From Candidatus Bathyarchaeota archaeon (GTDB taxonomy: Archaea > Thermoproteota > Bathyarchaeia > TCS64), in the NCBI GenBank assembly GCA_016930055.1, contig JAFGHP010000082.1:3-64002 (forward strand): 64,000 nucleotides of DNA, in the 5' to 3' direction. Below the pieces are notes generated by a model. That model was not told the origin of the DNA. It did no database searches and was given only the letters and a program-made list of their open reading frames with translations. A program made the translations under genes and the position numbers. Positions 30,163 to 40,193 of this stretch are shown piece after piece. How positions within the stretch are numbered: the first letter of the stretch is position 1; each line of letters opens with the position of its first letter.

Positions 30163-31401
30163 ATGAAGTTTGCAGTTCTCGCAGACGCTCATATTGGCAG
30201 AAGTATACCTCTTGCCATTGCAGAGCATAGAAGACAAGCTTTTGAGAATGCTTTCAGTAAGACTATTAATTCAATAATAAAATTTAATGTTGAGTATGTT
30301 TTCATATGTGGAGACTTATTTGAGAGAAGAACCCTGCGTCCTAAGATGGTTCAGTTTGTACATGATGAATTATATAGACTAGCTATTGAATTAGAAAAAA
30401 ACCATGGAAAAAAAGTAAAGATATTAGTGATTAGAGGAAATCATGATGGGCGTCCAGAGTCAGATACTCTAGACTATTTAAAACACCCTCTAGCAGAATA
30501 TCTACACTTGTTTTCAGATTCTGACCCTATATATGCAGATGATAAAATAACAGTAATTGGTTTAAATTACCATGATAAATTAGAAAGAGCGTATAATGAA
30601 GTTATTAAACCATTAATAAAAGAGCTTAAAGGATTGAAAATTTTTTTAGTACATGGTTTCATAGCTAGTTATAATAATGTACCACCTTATAGTAGCAGTC
30701 TTACATTAGATGATTTATCAGAAGCTAATTTCGATTACATTTTTACAGGGCATTATCATAAAATGTGCTCCCCAAGAAAATTACCATCAGGAGGATGGGT
30801 TTTAACTCCAGGAAGCTTAGAAATATATGATTTTGCTGAAACGCCAGACAAGGGTTATTACATAGTTGATTCTAATAAACAAGAATTTCATTGGATACCT
30901 ATCGAACCCTATCATTTAATGAAACAAGTAAATATTGATGGTGATAAAAGCAGACCGCCATCATGGTATGAAGAGAAAATAATCGAAGTAATAATGGATT
31001 TTATAAATGAGTTAAGATCTACCAAAAAAGAAGGTTATCTTAGGATTAAAGTTAGAGGCAAATTAAGTGAAGGTTGGCCTAGCGATATCAATAATGAATA
31101 TATCTCAGAATTAACACAATCAGAACCTAATTTTTTATGGTTTGATATAGATACAATGGATCTTGAAATACCCAAGGAAACACAAATAATAAAAAAAGAT
31201 ATTGCCGATATTTCGGAATATTTTTTGGAATTGGGAGACTTTACAGAAGTTATTAATGAAATGCATCTCAAGACAAGAGAAACACTGGAAGAAGAAGCCA
31301 GCACACTTACGGGATTATTAACATCTACACAACGGATCCCCCTTATTCAAGATTGGTTGAAATTTTTTGAAGAAAAAAAATTTAAGGTAGAAAAACCATG
31401 A
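30163..31401 (+). CDS. mre11: Mre11/SbcD nuclease
   Basis: DAHIG, GDLFE, GNHD, GHYH and PGSLE motifs. Confidence 0.9.
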   Translation: MKFAVLADAHIGRSIPLAIAEHRRQAFENAFSKTINSIIKFNVEYVFICGDLFERRTLRPKMVQFVHDELYRLAIELEKNHGKKVKILVIRGNHDGRPESDTLDYLKHPLAEYLHLFSDSDPIYADDKITVIGLNYHDKLERAYNEVIKPLIKELKGLKIFLVHGFIASYNNVPPYSSSLTLDDLSEANFDYIFTGHYHKMCSPRKLPSGGWVLTPGSLEIYDFAETPDKGYYIVDSNKQEFHWIPIEPYHLMKQVNIDGDKSRPPSWYEEKIIEVIMDFINELRSTKKEGYLRIKVRGKLSEGWPSDINNEYISELTQSEPNFLWFDIDTMDLEIPKETQIIKKDIADISEYFLELGDFTEVINEMHLKTRETLEEEASTLTGLLTSTQRIPLIQDWLKFFEEKKFKVEKP

Positions 31402-33452
31402 TCGAGGAACTTACTCTCCGTAATTTTAAATCATATAAAACTAAACAAAAAATCCTTTTTACTTCAGGAGTTAATAAAATTTCTGGAAGAAACGCTACTG
31501 GAAAAACAACCATACTCGAAGCCATTCTTTTTTCATTATATGGAGAAGTTCCAAGCGTAAATAAAAAAGATCTAGTAACTTTAGGAAATAACGACCTTTA
31601 TGTTAGTTTAACTTTCTTCAGCCCAATTACAAATAAAAAAGCTGTAATTGTACGTGGCGGAGAAATAATTCGAAATATTGAAAAAAAAGAAGAATCATTC
31701 AAATCAACAGATCTATTCTTAGATGTTGAAGGGGATATAGCCCCACTGACTCGTGAAAAAGAGATTCAAAACAGACTCAGAGAATTATTAGGAGTTGGTA
31801 GAAGAACTTTTTTAAACGTTGTATATGCTCGTCAAAAAGAATTCATTGATATTCTCAATCCAGATAAAAATAGAATGAATGCAATTTTAGGGTTAACTGC
31901 ACCAACGGAGATAAAAGAACAGCTAAAAGAAGTAAAAAAAGTACTTGAAGAGAGAGGAAACCTTAAAGATAAAAATACATTAGATGAAAGAATCAGAAAT
32001 GCAGAAGAAAATATCAAAGAAAACAATAAATATTTATCTGAAGCTACAGACAGAAAAATAATAATTCAAAAAGAAATAAAAAATATTGCTGAAGAACTTG
32101 AAAAAATTAAAAGAAACTTAGATTCAATAACAATGTTATTCAATGATTTTAAAAAATTAGATAGACAACGTACAGAACTTGAACTAACTATTAGACTCTA
32201 TGATAATCAAATTAAAAAATACGATGAACTCTCAAAAAAAATAATTGGAAACCCCGAAAAAGAAATGGAAGAACTTTTAAAACGTCAAAAAACAGCTGAA
32301 GCAACTGAAGAACGTTTAAGAACCCTTGTTGATGATGGTTTGATTAAAAAGCGTCGTCAATTTGACGCTGAAATTGGCAGTCTCAGACATAAAATAGACG
32401 AACATACTGTATTAAGTGATAGTGGTTTAACGGAATGTCCTACCTGTGGTCAACCAATAAATAAACAGATAATTGAAGAAGACCTAGCAGTCTGGAAGCG
32501 TGAGTTAGATGAAAATTGTTTTAAATTACAAAATATTGAAAATGAGATCCAAGAGTTAAATTATCAAACTAAAATTGCTAGAGAAAGACGAATTGAAGTA
32601 GAAAGATCCTTAATAAACTTTAAATCATTATTAAAACAGCTTGAAGATTTAAAGATTGATTTAGAACAAATCGAATCCAAAAAAACATATTTAACCATTA
32701 AAATGGAGGAAGATGTTAAAACACATTTAGCTAATATCTCGAAAGAATTGGCAGAAGAATTTGTAGATTACGCTGTTGTACATAAAAGAATTGAAAACGA
32801 AATGAATAATTTAATTGAACTTAATAAAAATAAATTTTCAGAAATTACTAAAAGAGAAGGATTATTATCAGAAACGAATAGGATAATTAAGGAGCTCGAA
32901 AAACGAATTAATACCCAAGAAATAATTTTATCAGAATCAAAAAACAGAATCGAGCAAATAAATGAGTATCAAGAGAAAATTAGAGTTATTGAATATATTA
33001 TTGAACAATATGGAAAATATGAAAAAGACATACGTGAAAACACTCTAAGACGTTTAGAGGATTGGACTTTTGAATACTTCAAGAAACTTACCGATCAGCA
33101 ATTGTATAGTCGTTGTCTCATTGATAGAGAGAAATATACTTTAGAAGTTCAGTTGAAAGACACAAACCGTACTATTCCAACTTGGCGTGCAGGAGGGGGA
33201 CATGAAAGCATTTTTGCGTTAGCAGAAAGACTAGCACTTCTTCGAGTTTCTGGGTTCCCATATTTACTTATTCTTGATGAGCCTACAGATGCTATTGATT
33301 CAGATAATATACCTCAGTTATTAGAATATATTTCTAAAAGTACGAGAGAAATTAATCAAATTCTATTAGTAACTCATCATGGACAAGGAGAAGATGAAGA
33401 TATTAATCTATTAACAATTACGAAAGAGAATGGAGAAAGTAAAATATTTTAA
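31398..33452 (+). CDS. rad50: Rad50/SbcC ATPase (short, divergent signature)
   Basis: NFKS, GRNATGKTT, Q-loop, coiled coil with CPTC hook, LILDEPT and VTHH. Confidence 0.9.
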   Translation: MIEELTLRNFKSYKTKQKILFTSGVNKISGRNATGKTTILEAILFSLYGEVPSVNKKDLVTLGNNDLYVSLTFFSPITNKKAVIVRGGEIIRNIEKKEESFKSTDLFLDVEGDIAPLTREKEIQNRLRELLGVGRRTFLNVVYARQKEFIDILNPDKNRMNAILGLTAPTEIKEQLKEVKKVLEERGNLKDKNTLDERIRNAEENIKENNKYLSEATDRKIIIQKEIKNIAEELEKIKRNLDSITMLFNDFKKLDRQRTELELTIRLYDNQIKKYDELSKKIIGNPEKEMEELLKRQKTAEATEERLRTLVDDGLIKKRRQFDAEIGSLRHKIDEHTVLSDSGLTECPTCGQPINKQIIEEDLAVWKRELDENCFKLQNIENEIQELNYQTKIARERRIEVERSLINFKSLLKQLEDLKIDLEQIESKKTYLTIKMEEDVKTHLANISKELAEEFVDYAVVHKRIENEMNNLIELNKNKFSEITKREGLLSETNRIIKELEKRINTQEIILSESKNRIEQINEYQEKIRVIEYIIEQYGKYEKDIRENTLRRLEDWTFEYFKKLTDQQLYSRCLIDREKYTLEVQLKDTNRTIPTWRAGGGHESIFALAERLALLRVSGFPYLLILDEPTDAIDSDNIPQLLEYISKSTREINQILLVTHHGQGEDEDINLLTITKENGESKIF

Positions 33453-33491
33453 AATAATGATTAATTGTTTTAATAATACTAATTATACTTT

Positions 33492-33683
33492 TTAAGGAAA
33501 GCTTTTTGGTTTATACTTTTTTTCTTTATATTTTCCTGTTAAACGGGTATGCGTTCCGCCTCTGTATACATCAGATTCTATTTGATTTGTCATGCGTTCA
33601 CATTCATCACGCCATCTACAGAGTTCGCATTCCTCTCCTTTACCCATCATTCCTATGCAACTAGGACGATTACCTTTCGACAT
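33492..33683 (-). CDS. small Cys-rich basic protein
   Basis: C-x8-C-x2-C-x5-C followed by a Lys-rich tail; ATG at 33683. Confidence 0.55.
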   Translation of the reverse strand: MSKGNRPSCIGMMGKGEECELCRWRDECERMTNQIESDVYRGGTHTRLTGKYKEKKYKPKSFP

Positions 33684-33721
33684 TTTCAAAAATACAAATG
33701 AGAAATTATTTAAATTCCTTT

Positions 33722-34453
33722 CTATAAAAAACTATTTATTTTTTTCTGTCTCAATCTTTCATAAAGGACTATTGCAGCAGAAACACCAACATTCAAATTC
33801 GGTATTTTTCCCATCATAGGTATACTTAAAACTGTATCACATTTTTCAAGTAAAGTAGGACTAATTCCTTTTCCTTCTCCACCAAAAATTAAGACAGTGG
33901 CTCCTGTTAAATTATGCTGCCAATAATCTTTCTTTCCTGAAACATCTAAACCAATAATCTGGAAGCCTTCATTTTTTAATAATTTTATGGCGGGATAGAT
34001 ATTATCTCTGATTACGGGAACATAGGTACCAGCGCCCATACTTACTCTAAGTACAGTGGAGTTAAGTCCAACACTTTCCTTTTTAGGTAAAAGAACAGCA
34101 TTAACACCTGAAGCATCGCTTGTTCTTAAGATACTTCCTAGATTCTGAGGGTCTTGAACTCCGTCTAAAATCAATATGCATGTATCTATTGTAGATTTAT
34201 TGATTACTTGTTTTAATGAAGCGTAACCAGGAATCTTAACAAGAGCTATAACACCTTGATGATGATCTGTTTCTGAAATTTTATCTAAATATTCTTTTTC
34301 TACGACATCTATTGGGATTCTATTTTTTTTCCCAAGATCGATAATATCAATTATTTTTTGTTCTTTTAAAGAGCTTTTAGAAATAACTAGCTTTTTGACA
34401 CCACCACGTTTAATGGTCTCATAAACAGGGTTTCTTCCTTCTACTTGAGACAA
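33722..34453 (-). CDS. rlmB: SpoU/TrmH family 2'-O-methyltransferase, RlmB-like
   Basis: EGRNPV, HQGV, DPQNLGSILRT, GGEGKG and IPM.G...LNVGVSAA motifs. Confidence 0.85.
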   Translation of the reverse strand: MSQVEGRNPVYETIKRGGVKKLVISKSSLKEQKIIDIIDLGKKNRIPIDVVEKEYLDKISETDHHQGVIALVKIPGYASLKQVINKSTIDTCILILDGVQDPQNLGSILRTSDASGVNAVLLPKKESVGLNSTVLRVSMGAGTYVPVIRDNIYPAIKLLKNEGFQIIGLDVSGKKDYWQHNLTGATVLIFGGEGKGISPTLLEKCDTVLSIPMMGKIPNLNVGVSAAIVLYERLRQKKINSFL

Positions 34454-34637
34454 TATTTTATCAACATAGTAGAATAATGGGCAGTGATAAACACTACTTT
34501 TAAGACTATTTTTTTTATTTCAAATAAAATACAATATTTTAAAATTATTTAATGATTATTTAGATGTTAAAATGAATAATTTTATGAGAATTATACCGTA
34601 ATTTTAAACATATAGAAGTATTATTATACAGATACAT

Positions 34638-37160
34638 ATGTCTAATCTTCAAACACCTGAATCGTTTTTTGGTTTCCAGCTTGGGAGTGATAGAAATATT
34701 GCTCGTTGGGACAAAATTGTCTCATATCTTCAGCAGCTTGAGAAACAAAGCGATAGGATTAAAGTAATTAATATGGGCCCCTCCACCGAGGGAAATCCGT
34801 TCCTTCTGGTTATTATTAGTAGCCCTGAAAATCTCAGTAAACTTGAAAGATATAGAGAGATAAACAACCGTTTAGCTAATCCAGTTACTCTAGAGAATGA
34901 AGAAGCTGAGAAATTAATCCTGGAAGGAAAAGCAGTTATTCTTCAGAGTATGAGCCTTCATGCTTCTGAAATTGGGGGCACACAGATGGCTCCTGAATTA
35001 ATTTATGATCTAATTTCTAAAGATGATGAGGAAACGATCAGAATTCGTGAGAATGTAATTACTCTTATTGTACCTTCTTTCAATCCCGATGGACAGATTA
35101 TGGTTACTGACTGGTATAATAAATGGCTAGGAACCGAATATGAAGGCTGTAGTTTACCATGGTTGTATCACAAGTATGTAGGTCACGATAATAATCGTGA
35201 TGCTTTCATGACAAATATGATTGAGTCAAAATATATGGCAAAAATTATGTTCCAAGATTGGACTCCTCAAGCATACGTTGATCATCATCACATGGGTAGT
35301 TATGGAGCTAGATTATACGTAGCACCATATGCTGAACCAATCCATCCTAACGCAGATCCTTTGATTTGGAGAGAGCATAGCTGGTATGGAGCACATATGG
35401 CTTACAAACTTGAAGAGAATGGGAAAACAGGAATAATTAACGACGCAATGTTTTCAGCTTGGGGCCATTTGGGATTTCACTGGATAACTGCATATCATAA
35501 TATTGCAGGTATGTTAACAGAATCTGCTTCAGCAAAATTAGCGACACCACTTTTCATACATCCTCATCAATTAAAAGGTGATAGTAGAGGTAATCTACCA
35601 GAATATGAAGCACAAACTAACTTCCCTCATCCATGGTCCGGAGGATGGTGGACGTTAAGAGATATTGTTGAGCAGCAGAAAATTAGTGCGTGGGCAACGC
35701 TTGATGCTGCAGCTAGAAACAAGGAAACAGCTCTTCGCAATGCATATTTAAAAGCAAAAAGACAAATTGAGAGAGGACTAGAGGGAAACCCACAAGCTTA
35801 CATAATTTCCTCAGATCAACACGATTCTTTAACAGCACAGAAACTTATTGAAAAATTATTAGTTCAAGGCATTGAAATACAGATCTCTCATGAAGCATTC
35901 ATTTCTGATGGATATATTTACCCTGAAGGAAGTTACGTAATTTGGCTGAATCAACCAAAATATGGCTTAATAAAAACTCTTTTAGGCAAAACACTCTACC
36001 CTGACAATAATTGGACCCGTAATAGAGAAGGAAAACCCCTAAGTCCTTATGACAGTGCTACAGATACAATGGCTGAGTTTATGGGAATACAAGTAGATCC
36101 AGTTGACTTTGTTGACTGTAATACACTTCAATCAATAACTCAACCAGAATATCCTGAAGGCTATATTCTTGGAGAATCAGATTACGGATATGCTTTAGAT
36201 TGCTGGACAAATGATTCTTACATAGCAGCTAACAGAATCTTAGCAACGGGTGCAAGACTTTATCGAACTATTCAACCATTAGAATGTAGCGACACAATAC
36301 TAGCTCCAGGTGCTTTTATTGTTGAAGATGCAGAAATAGAAACTTTAGAAAAGATAGCGAAAGAATTACATCTAGATTTTATACCCCTTGAGAACGAAAT
36401 AACTGAAAAAAGTGAAGTTAAACAACTAAGAGTAGGAATGTATCAACGTTATTATGGGGGAAACATGGATGAAGGCTGGACAAGGTTTGTTTTAGAACAA
36501 TTTGAGTTCCCATATAAAACTATTACAGATAAAGATTTCAAAGAAGGATTAAAAGACATTGATGTAATCATTCTCCCAAGCGATTCAGAACAAATGATTG
36601 TTGGTGAAAAACTAGAAGAATACTACTCACAAAGAGGAATGACTGCACCAGTCATCCCACCTGAATACAAAAGTGGAATAGGAAAAGAAGGAGTAGAAAC
36701 CCTAAAGAAATGGGTAAAAGAAGGCGGAATCTTAGTATGCTTCAATCAAAGCACTGAATTTGCTATAAAAAACCTTAACCTCCCAGTAAAAAATGTTCTC
36801 GAAAGCTTACAAACCAAAGATTTCTATTGCCCAGGTAGCACCCTTTGGGCATTTGTGGATAACTCTAATCCCCATGGATACGGTATGCCTGATACAACAT
36901 TGATTTTATTCTGGAATAGCCAAGTTTTTGAAATTAAAGCAACACAATCCAATGAAGACTATGAAGTAATTATTGAATACCCGGAAAGTGATATCCTTCA
37001 AAGTGGCTGGCTCATAGGAGAGAAAAAGATCGCAAAGAAATGTGCAATGTTAAACATTAAAGAAGGAAAAGGAAAAGTAATACTATTTGGATTTAGACCT
37101 CAAAATAGAGCTCAAACACATGGTACATTTAAACTAGTTTTCAATTGTCTTTTGGGATAA
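34638..37160 (+). CDS. M14 family zinc carboxypeptidase-like protein (paralog 3)
   Basis: HASE, NPDG, DNNRD, DHHHM and DEGWTR motifs. Confidence 0.88.
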   Translation: MSNLQTPESFFGFQLGSDRNIARWDKIVSYLQQLEKQSDRIKVINMGPSTEGNPFLLVIISSPENLSKLERYREINNRLANPVTLENEEAEKLILEGKAVILQSMSLHASEIGGTQMAPELIYDLISKDDEETIRIRENVITLIVPSFNPDGQIMVTDWYNKWLGTEYEGCSLPWLYHKYVGHDNNRDAFMTNMIESKYMAKIMFQDWTPQAYVDHHHMGSYGARLYVAPYAEPIHPNADPLIWREHSWYGAHMAYKLEENGKTGIINDAMFSAWGHLGFHWITAYHNIAGMLTESASAKLATPLFIHPHQLKGDSRGNLPEYEAQTNFPHPWSGGWWTLRDIVEQQKISAWATLDAAARNKETALRNAYLKAKRQIERGLEGNPQAYIISSDQHDSLTAQKLIEKLLVQGIEIQISHEAFISDGYIYPEGSYVIWLNQPKYGLIKTLLGKTLYPDNNWTRNREGKPLSPYDSATDTMAEFMGIQVDPVDFVDCNTLQSITQPEYPEGYILGESDYGYALDCWTNDSYIAANRILATGARLYRTIQPLECSDTILAPGAFIVEDAEIETLEKIAKELHLDFIPLENEITEKSEVKQLRVGMYQRYYGGNMDEGWTRFVLEQFEFPYKTITDKDFKEGLKDIDVIILPSDSEQMIVGEKLEEYYSQRGMTAPVIPPEYKSGIGKEGVETLKKWVKEGGILVCFNQSTEFAIKNLNLPVKNVLESLQTKDFYCPGSTLWAFVDNSNPHGYGMPDTTLILFWNSQVFEIKATQSNEDYEVIIEYPESDILQSGWLIGEKKIAKKCAMLNIKEGKGKVILFGFRPQNRAQTHGTFKLVFNCLLG

Positions 37161-37192
37161 TTAAAATAATTTTTTAAATAATTTTAAATTTT

Positions 37193-38083
37193 TTATTCTT
37201 TATTAGTAAAATAATTATAAGCATTAAAGAATATTTTAGCTAATGCCTCTTCGATTCTTGAAGAATCGTTTATATTTTTACTAAGACAGGTAATTACATA
37301 ACTTTGATTGGAGTTAAGGATTGTTACAATACTGGATATGTTTTTAATACCAAAAAGATTACCACTCTTTTGAATTAATTTTATTTTTGAGTTAGGTAAA
37401 TATTTATTTATTTGATACTCTTTCACCTGACATCTATCAATTAAAGATAAAATTTCTTCACAATTTTTTTTACTTACAGCTTTTCCATCAGCGATAAGAT
37501 TCATCAATTGATTTAATTCATTAGCAGTAGTAACATTATTTCCTTCAATTTCTTGGCTCCAGATTCCCTTAGTTAATCCATTTTTAATTCGTTCCTGGAA
37601 CAAATTCAATGTTTTTTCTTCATCAGATAAGTCATTTAACCCAACCGAATCAAAAAGAATGTTACGCATATTATTTCTAATAATGGTTTTTTTTAGACCA
37701 AGTTTATTAAGTGTTAAATTAATTTTATCAATTTCTAGCTTAGATAGTAAAATATCTGTCGCAGTATTATCTCCTTGAATTAACATTAATTTTACCAAAT
37801 CATGTAAACTTAGTTCTAAGCCTTCAATGAGTTCTTTTAAAATGCCTTGACCAGGGACTTTATCAATATCTTTTAAAAAAATTTTAGAATTTAAATTTTG
37901 TTCACCAGCTTCTATCTGACGGTAAAATTCTACGGCGATAGGTATCTGAAATAATCCTGCCAAAGGAAATAATTCATCGCCTTCAATTGAAAAGGATTCT
38001 CCTGTATTGAAATTTTTAACTGCTAAACCTATGTGATCAGTAAAATCTTTAATATCTTTAATTAACTCCTCACTGAGACTCAT
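37193..38083 (-). CDS. class A beta-lactamase-fold serine hydrolase homolog lacking the catalytic SxxK
   Basis: FPLAGLFQIP (for ASxxK), G.GILK.L..G, GDNTATD, LGLKKT and KSG. Confidence 0.8.
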   Translation of the reverse strand: MSLSEELIKDIKDFTDHIGLAVKNFNTGESFSIEGDELFPLAGLFQIPIAVEFYRQIEAGEQNLNSKIFLKDIDKVPGQGILKELIEGLELSLHDLVKLMLIQGDNTATDILLSKLEIDKINLTLNKLGLKKTIIRNNMRNILFDSVGLNDLSDEEKTLNLFQERIKNGLTKGIWSQEIEGNNVTTANELNQLMNLIADGKAVSKKNCEEILSLIDRCQVKEYQINKYLPNSKIKLIQKSGNLFGIKNISSIVTILNSNQSYVITCLSKNINDSSRIEEALAKIFFNAYNYFTNKE

Positions 38084-38173
38084 TATTATATCTAATACAA
38101 TAAATGAATCTAAACTTAATAATTGATTCTAAAAGATTAAATAAATTATGTTATATAATGTATGTGAAAGTTT

Positions 38174-38434
38174 ATGGAAGAACCAATCTATATTGCTGAA
38201 GTTGTTTCTATAGCTAAAAACTGCAGTGCAGGTCATAAGGTAGGAGATAAATTTGAAATAAATACTCATAAAACTGGGGGTTTATGTGGGTACTGTTATC
38301 ATGATATTTTTCCTACACTCATGAATTGTTGTTTTGGTGGTAAAATTCCTTAAATTGACCCAAAAGAATTCAAATATGATTGCCCTGACAGATGGAATGA
38401 TGTAAAATTCAAAGTCACTCTGAAAAAAGAATGA
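38174..38434 (+). pseudogene. TIGR04076-like Cys-rich protein with internal TAA (38351-38353)
   Basis: MEEP..KNCSAGHKVGDKFEI..GLCGYCYHDIFP..FGGKIP*IDPKEFKYDCPD..VKFKV; the frame continues in register to TGA 38434. Confidence 0.72.
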
Positions 38435-38486
38435 TTTTTTATTTTTCAAGTAATTAACTTAATTTATTTCATAATAATTATTAATC

Positions 38487-38696
38487 ATGATTAATCATAA
38501 AGAAAAAATTGTTGATAACTTAGCAAACCTAATTTACGATTCCTATGGATCTCGCTTAAATGAAAAAGAGAAAGAAGAAATACGGAAAAGCATTGTACAA
38601 TCATTGGAAAATGTAGATAAATTAAAAAAAGTTAAAATTGAAAATGGTGATGAACCATATAATATTTTTATACCTTATAGGAAGGAAAAAACATGA
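38487..38696 (+). CDS. small GatC/AtzG-like amidase partner protein
   Basis: 69 aa, helical, ends LKKVKIENGDEP..F.P; ATGA overlap with the amidase gene. Confidence 0.6.
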   Translation: MINHKEKIVDNLANLIYDSYGSRLNEKEKEEIRKSIVQSLENVDKLKKVKIENGDEPYNIFIPYRKEKT

Positions 38697-40084
38697 ATAT
38701 ACTTCATTTTTCCTCCATAAGTGAATTATCAACAAAAATAAAAGAAGGGTCATTATCACCAGTTGAATTAACTAATTTTTTTCTTGAACGATTAAAAATT
38801 CATGGACCAAAACTTAACGCTATTGTTAACATACTAACTGAAAGGGCTCTTAAAAAAGCAAAAAAAATGGAAACCGAAATTGGTAAAGGTAAAATAAGAT
38901 CGATTCTTCATGGAATACCTTATGGTGTAAAAGATCTTATTGCTGCTGTTGGTGCCCCAACATCATGGGGGGCTGCACCATATAAAAATCGAATAATCGA
39001 TTATGATGCAACAGTTGTTTCACGTCTAGAAAGTTCTGGAGCAATATTATGCGCCAAACTAGCTATGATTGAACTAGCAGGTGGAATGGGTTATAGACAA
39101 CCAAACGCAAGTTTCTCGGGGCCATGCAAAACACCATGGAATCTAAATTATTGGAGTGGGGGGTCAAGTAGTGGCTCAGGATCATGTGTTGCAGCAGGTT
39201 TAATTCCTTTTTCTATTGGTTCAGAGACCTGGGGAAGCATTTTAAGTCCAGCAAATAATTGTGGTGTCGCAGGTTTAAGACCTACTTATGGCAGAGTTAG
39301 CAGACATGGTGCAATGGCACTTAGCTGGACATTAGATAAGTTAGGGCCTCTGTGTCAAACAGCTGAGGATTGTGGTTTAGTTCTTGAAACAATAGCCGGA
39401 TTTGATTCTAAAGATCCATCAACTACGCATAAAAAATACAAGTTTATGGAGATTCATAAAGACTTTAAAATAGCTTTACTTAAAGGAAACATTGAAAATG
39501 CTGATGAAACAGTATCCAAAAATTTTGATAATGCAGTTAAGGTAATCGAGAAATTTGCTATTATTGAAGAAATTAATTTCCCAGAATTCCCATATGAAGC
39601 AGTTACACGGATAATTCTTAACGCTGAAGCAGCAAGTGCTTTTGAGGATTTTATTGACAACGGTTTAAGTCACGAACTTACAGCACCAGAAGACAAATAT
39701 GGCGGATACTCTAGACTAGTGGTTTTTGCTAAAGATTATTTAAGAGCATTAAGATTGCGTGGGAAAATGGTTAAAATCGCTGAAGAGATAATGCAAGATT
39801 ACGATGCAATACTAGCTCCAACAAGTAAAAGAATGCCCTCACCCATTCAACAAGAATTCAGACGCTCCACAAGAACTACGCCAAGCATTGACATCACAGG
39901 CTCAGTTGGTAATGGGGCAGGGCTGCCATCAATATCTGTACCTTCGGGTTTCAATGAAGAGGGTTTACCAACAGGAATACAATTCATGGGAAAAGCTTAC
40001 GATGAAAATAGTATAATTTCAATTGCAATGGAATATCAAAAACATACTGAATGGCATAAAAAACATCCTCCAGAATTTCAATAA
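38693..40084 (+). CDS. amidase signature family enzyme (GatA/AtzE-like)
   Basis: GVKD, GGSSSGS, GSETWGSI..PA and GLRPTYGRVSR motifs. Confidence 0.92.
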   Translation: MNILHFSSISELSTKIKEGSLSPVELTNFFLERLKIHGPKLNAIVNILTERALKKAKKMETEIGKGKIRSILHGIPYGVKDLIAAVGAPTSWGAAPYKNRIIDYDATVVSRLESSGAILCAKLAMIELAGGMGYRQPNASFSGPCKTPWNLNYWSGGSSSGSGSCVAAGLIPFSIGSETWGSILSPANNCGVAGLRPTYGRVSRHGAMALSWTLDKLGPLCQTAEDCGLVLETIAGFDSKDPSTTHKKYKFMEIHKDFKIALLKGNIENADETVSKNFDNAVKVIEKFAIIEEINFPEFPYEAVTRIILNAEAASAFEDFIDNGLSHELTAPEDKYGGYSRLVVFAKDYLRALRLRGKMVKIAEEIMQDYDAILAPTSKRMPSPIQQEFRRSTRTTPSIDITGSVGNGAGLPSISVPSGFNEEGLPTGIQFMGKAYDENSIISIAMEYQKHTEWHKKHPPEFQ

Positions 40085-40193
40085 AATGATGATTTCTTTA
40101 TAATTTTTTCTCAATATTTGGTAATTCATAGATATTAATTAAAACATACCATATAATTTTAGCATGGAAGATACGATTCAGTAATGTTTACTG

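Noticed and set aside
37193-38083. Antibiotic-resistance beta-lactamase
   Set aside because: The catalytic Ser and Lys are absent and there is no signal peptide.
274-38353. Genome-wide TAA reassignment
   Set aside because: Many full-length conserved genes (argG, pckG, tyrS, map) terminate with TAA at the expected lengths.
38693-40084. Glu-tRNA amidotransferase gatA
   Set aside because: No gatB nearby, and the signature differs (ELAGG, GSETWGS).
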